A stretch of DNA of 37,419 nt from the UHGV virus genome UHGV-0125336; one strand, written 5' to 3'. This DNA comes from a virus. The position numbers and the translations under genes were made by a program. The notes under the pieces are model-generated. The model saw only the letters and a list, made by a program, of their open reading frames with translations. It ran no database searches and was not told the DNA's origin. Every line of letters begins with the position of its first letter. The first letter of the stretch is position 1. Positions 36,425-37,419 of the stretch are shown here, piece after piece.

Positions 36425-37318
36425 ATGAAAAATATGATTTTTTCTATAGGTGCATTATTTATATCAATTAGTGTACTGCCTGTTCACGCAGCAACTGAAC
36501 ATAAGAATTTCAATGCAGTGCTCCAGTGCCGAGCGATAGAAAACAATAAAGACAGACTTTCTTGTTACGATAAGTCAATACAACCGACTCGAACGAAAGT
36601 TGCTGAAAAATTTGAAAGCAGGGATCAATGCCCTGATGAGAAAGATGATGACAAACGTTTATCTTGTTATGATCGTTTTTTTTCTCCAACATTTACTCCA
36701 TCTGTAAACTCAAAATCTAAAACGGAAAAGCTAGTAACAACAGAGGCTCAGCAACCAAATCTTTCTGAAATATCTAAATGCCGAGCAGAAAATGATAAAG
36801 AAGCCAGACTAAACTGCTACGATAAACTATTCCCACAGAATGAAGCTGTTCAATCTGAATCACAATTAGAGAAAGCCACAGATGCAGGAAAATGGCACAC
36901 GTCCATTACTACATCGCCAATTGATGATTCGAAAAATGTAATTTTATCGTTAGAAAGTGATGATTATATCAGAACTCCATTTGGAGAAGCTGTTACTCCC
37001 ACTCTGTTTATAGCTTGCCGAGAAAAGAAAACCGAAGTATTTCTTAGTTGGGATGTATATTTAGGCCTTGAACAAACCAGCATGCTGTATCGTCTTGATA
37101 AACAGAAAGCAGTTGAAAGAAACTGGCTAATATCTACAGATACAAAGGCTGTTTTTTATAAAGGTAATGATATTGATTTCATAAGAAAACTTGCCAACTC
37201 ACATAAAATGTACACAAAAATAACCCCCTATAATGAAAGCCCTGTAAGTGCAACTTTCAATTTAAGCGGCCTGTCAAATGCACTAAAACCGCTTCAAGAT
37301 GCTTGTAACTGGAAATAG
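36425..37318 (+). CDS. Secreted protein with three 20-aa Cys-pair repeats, unknown function
   Basis: Signal-peptide-like N-terminus (MKNMIFSIGALFISISVLPVHAA). Repeats LQCRAIENNKDRLSCYDK, DQCPDEKDDDKRLSCYDR, SKCRAENDKEARLNCYDK. Starts 4 nt after the upstream gene. Confidence 0.6.
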   Translation: MKNMIFSIGALFISISVLPVHAATEHKNFNAVLQCRAIENNKDRLSCYDKSIQPTRTKVAEKFESRDQCPDEKDDDKRLSCYDRFFSPTFTPSVNSKSKTEKLVTTEAQQPNLSEISKCRAENDKEARLNCYDKLFPQNEAVQSESQLEKATDAGKWHTSITTSPIDDSKNVILSLESDDYIRTPFGEAVTPTLFIACREKKTEVFLSWDVYLGLEQTSMLYRLDKQKAVERNWLISTDTKAVFYKGNDIDFIRKLANSHKMYTKITPYNESPVSATFNLSGLSNALKPLQDACNWK

Positions 37319-37336
37319 TATATACCTCCCCAATAT

Positions 37337-37378
37337 CAGATGACAAAACGCCCGTGAAAACGGGCGTTTTGTCATCTG
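37337..37378. terminator. Perfect 18-bp-stem palindrome, candidate bidirectional terminator
   Basis: CAGATGACAAAACGCCCG-TGAAAA-CGGGCGTTTTGTCATCTG, with A/T runs inside both arms. Lies between the converging plus-strand operon and the minus-strand partial ORF. Confidence 0.55.
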
Positions 37379-37419
37379 TAACTCGAAAATGTGGTCATTG
37401 CGTGGACATACGATGATAT
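37372..37419 (-). CDS. Partial ORF (C-terminal 15 codons); possibly the 3' end of a second integrase gene
   Basis: Minus-strand translation ...ISSYVHAMTTFSSYR* resembles the int C-terminus in this window (...VSVHAVSTGD*). DNA 37392-37409 matches 251-268 at 15 of 18 positions. Too short to be sure. Confidence 0.2.
   Translation of the reverse strand: MSSYVHAMTTFSSYR

Noticed and set aside
1-37419. CRISPR array, rRNA, or tRNA genes
   Set aside because: No regularly spaced identical repeats with unique spacers and no rRNA- or tRNA-like sequence were seen. The only tandem repeats are the short phased protein-binding-type repeats reported above.

Overview
The window is dominated by a near-complete P2-like (Peduovirus-type) prophage of about 34 kb, running from a P2 Int-like integrase (240..1244, minus) to an Ogr-like late activator (33740..34000). 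All protein identifications rest on reading the six-frame translations and comparing them with family sequences as I remember them; nothing was searched. Gene order follows P2 (int, C, cox, early genes, A, accessory slot, cos, Q/P, O-N-M-L-X-Y-K-lysB/C-R-S-V-W-J-I-H, tail genes, D, ogr) with four departures. (1) The slot where P2 carries tin/old (8.1-11.0 kb) instead holds a ParM/ParR-like actin-type segregation pair with centromere-like repeats, a small protein whose C-terminus closely resembles the ClpX zinc-binding domain, and three unknown genes. (2) The tail fibre H has a C-terminal intramolecular-chaperone-like domain; no gpG chaperone is present. (3) The Z/fun slot is an 800-bp non-coding moron with four plus-strand intrinsic terminators, small-RNA candidates, and a degenerate remnant of the U gene 3' end. 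(4) The FI-FII-E/E'-T-U block lies on the opposite strand to H and D, unlike canonical P2. Right of ogr is an AT-rich region with a Hok-family toxin, a 1485-bp element with long terminal inverted repeats and an 11-bp target-site duplication carrying a RES-domain-like gene, a zinc-ribbon membrane protein, and a secreted Cys-repeat protein. The last 48 bp look like the C-terminus of a second integrase. The candidates for an undescribed system, in my order of preference, are the parMR/ClpX-mimic cluster, the RNA-only moron and the toxin-carrying TIR element. No CRISPR array, tRNA or rRNA was seen.
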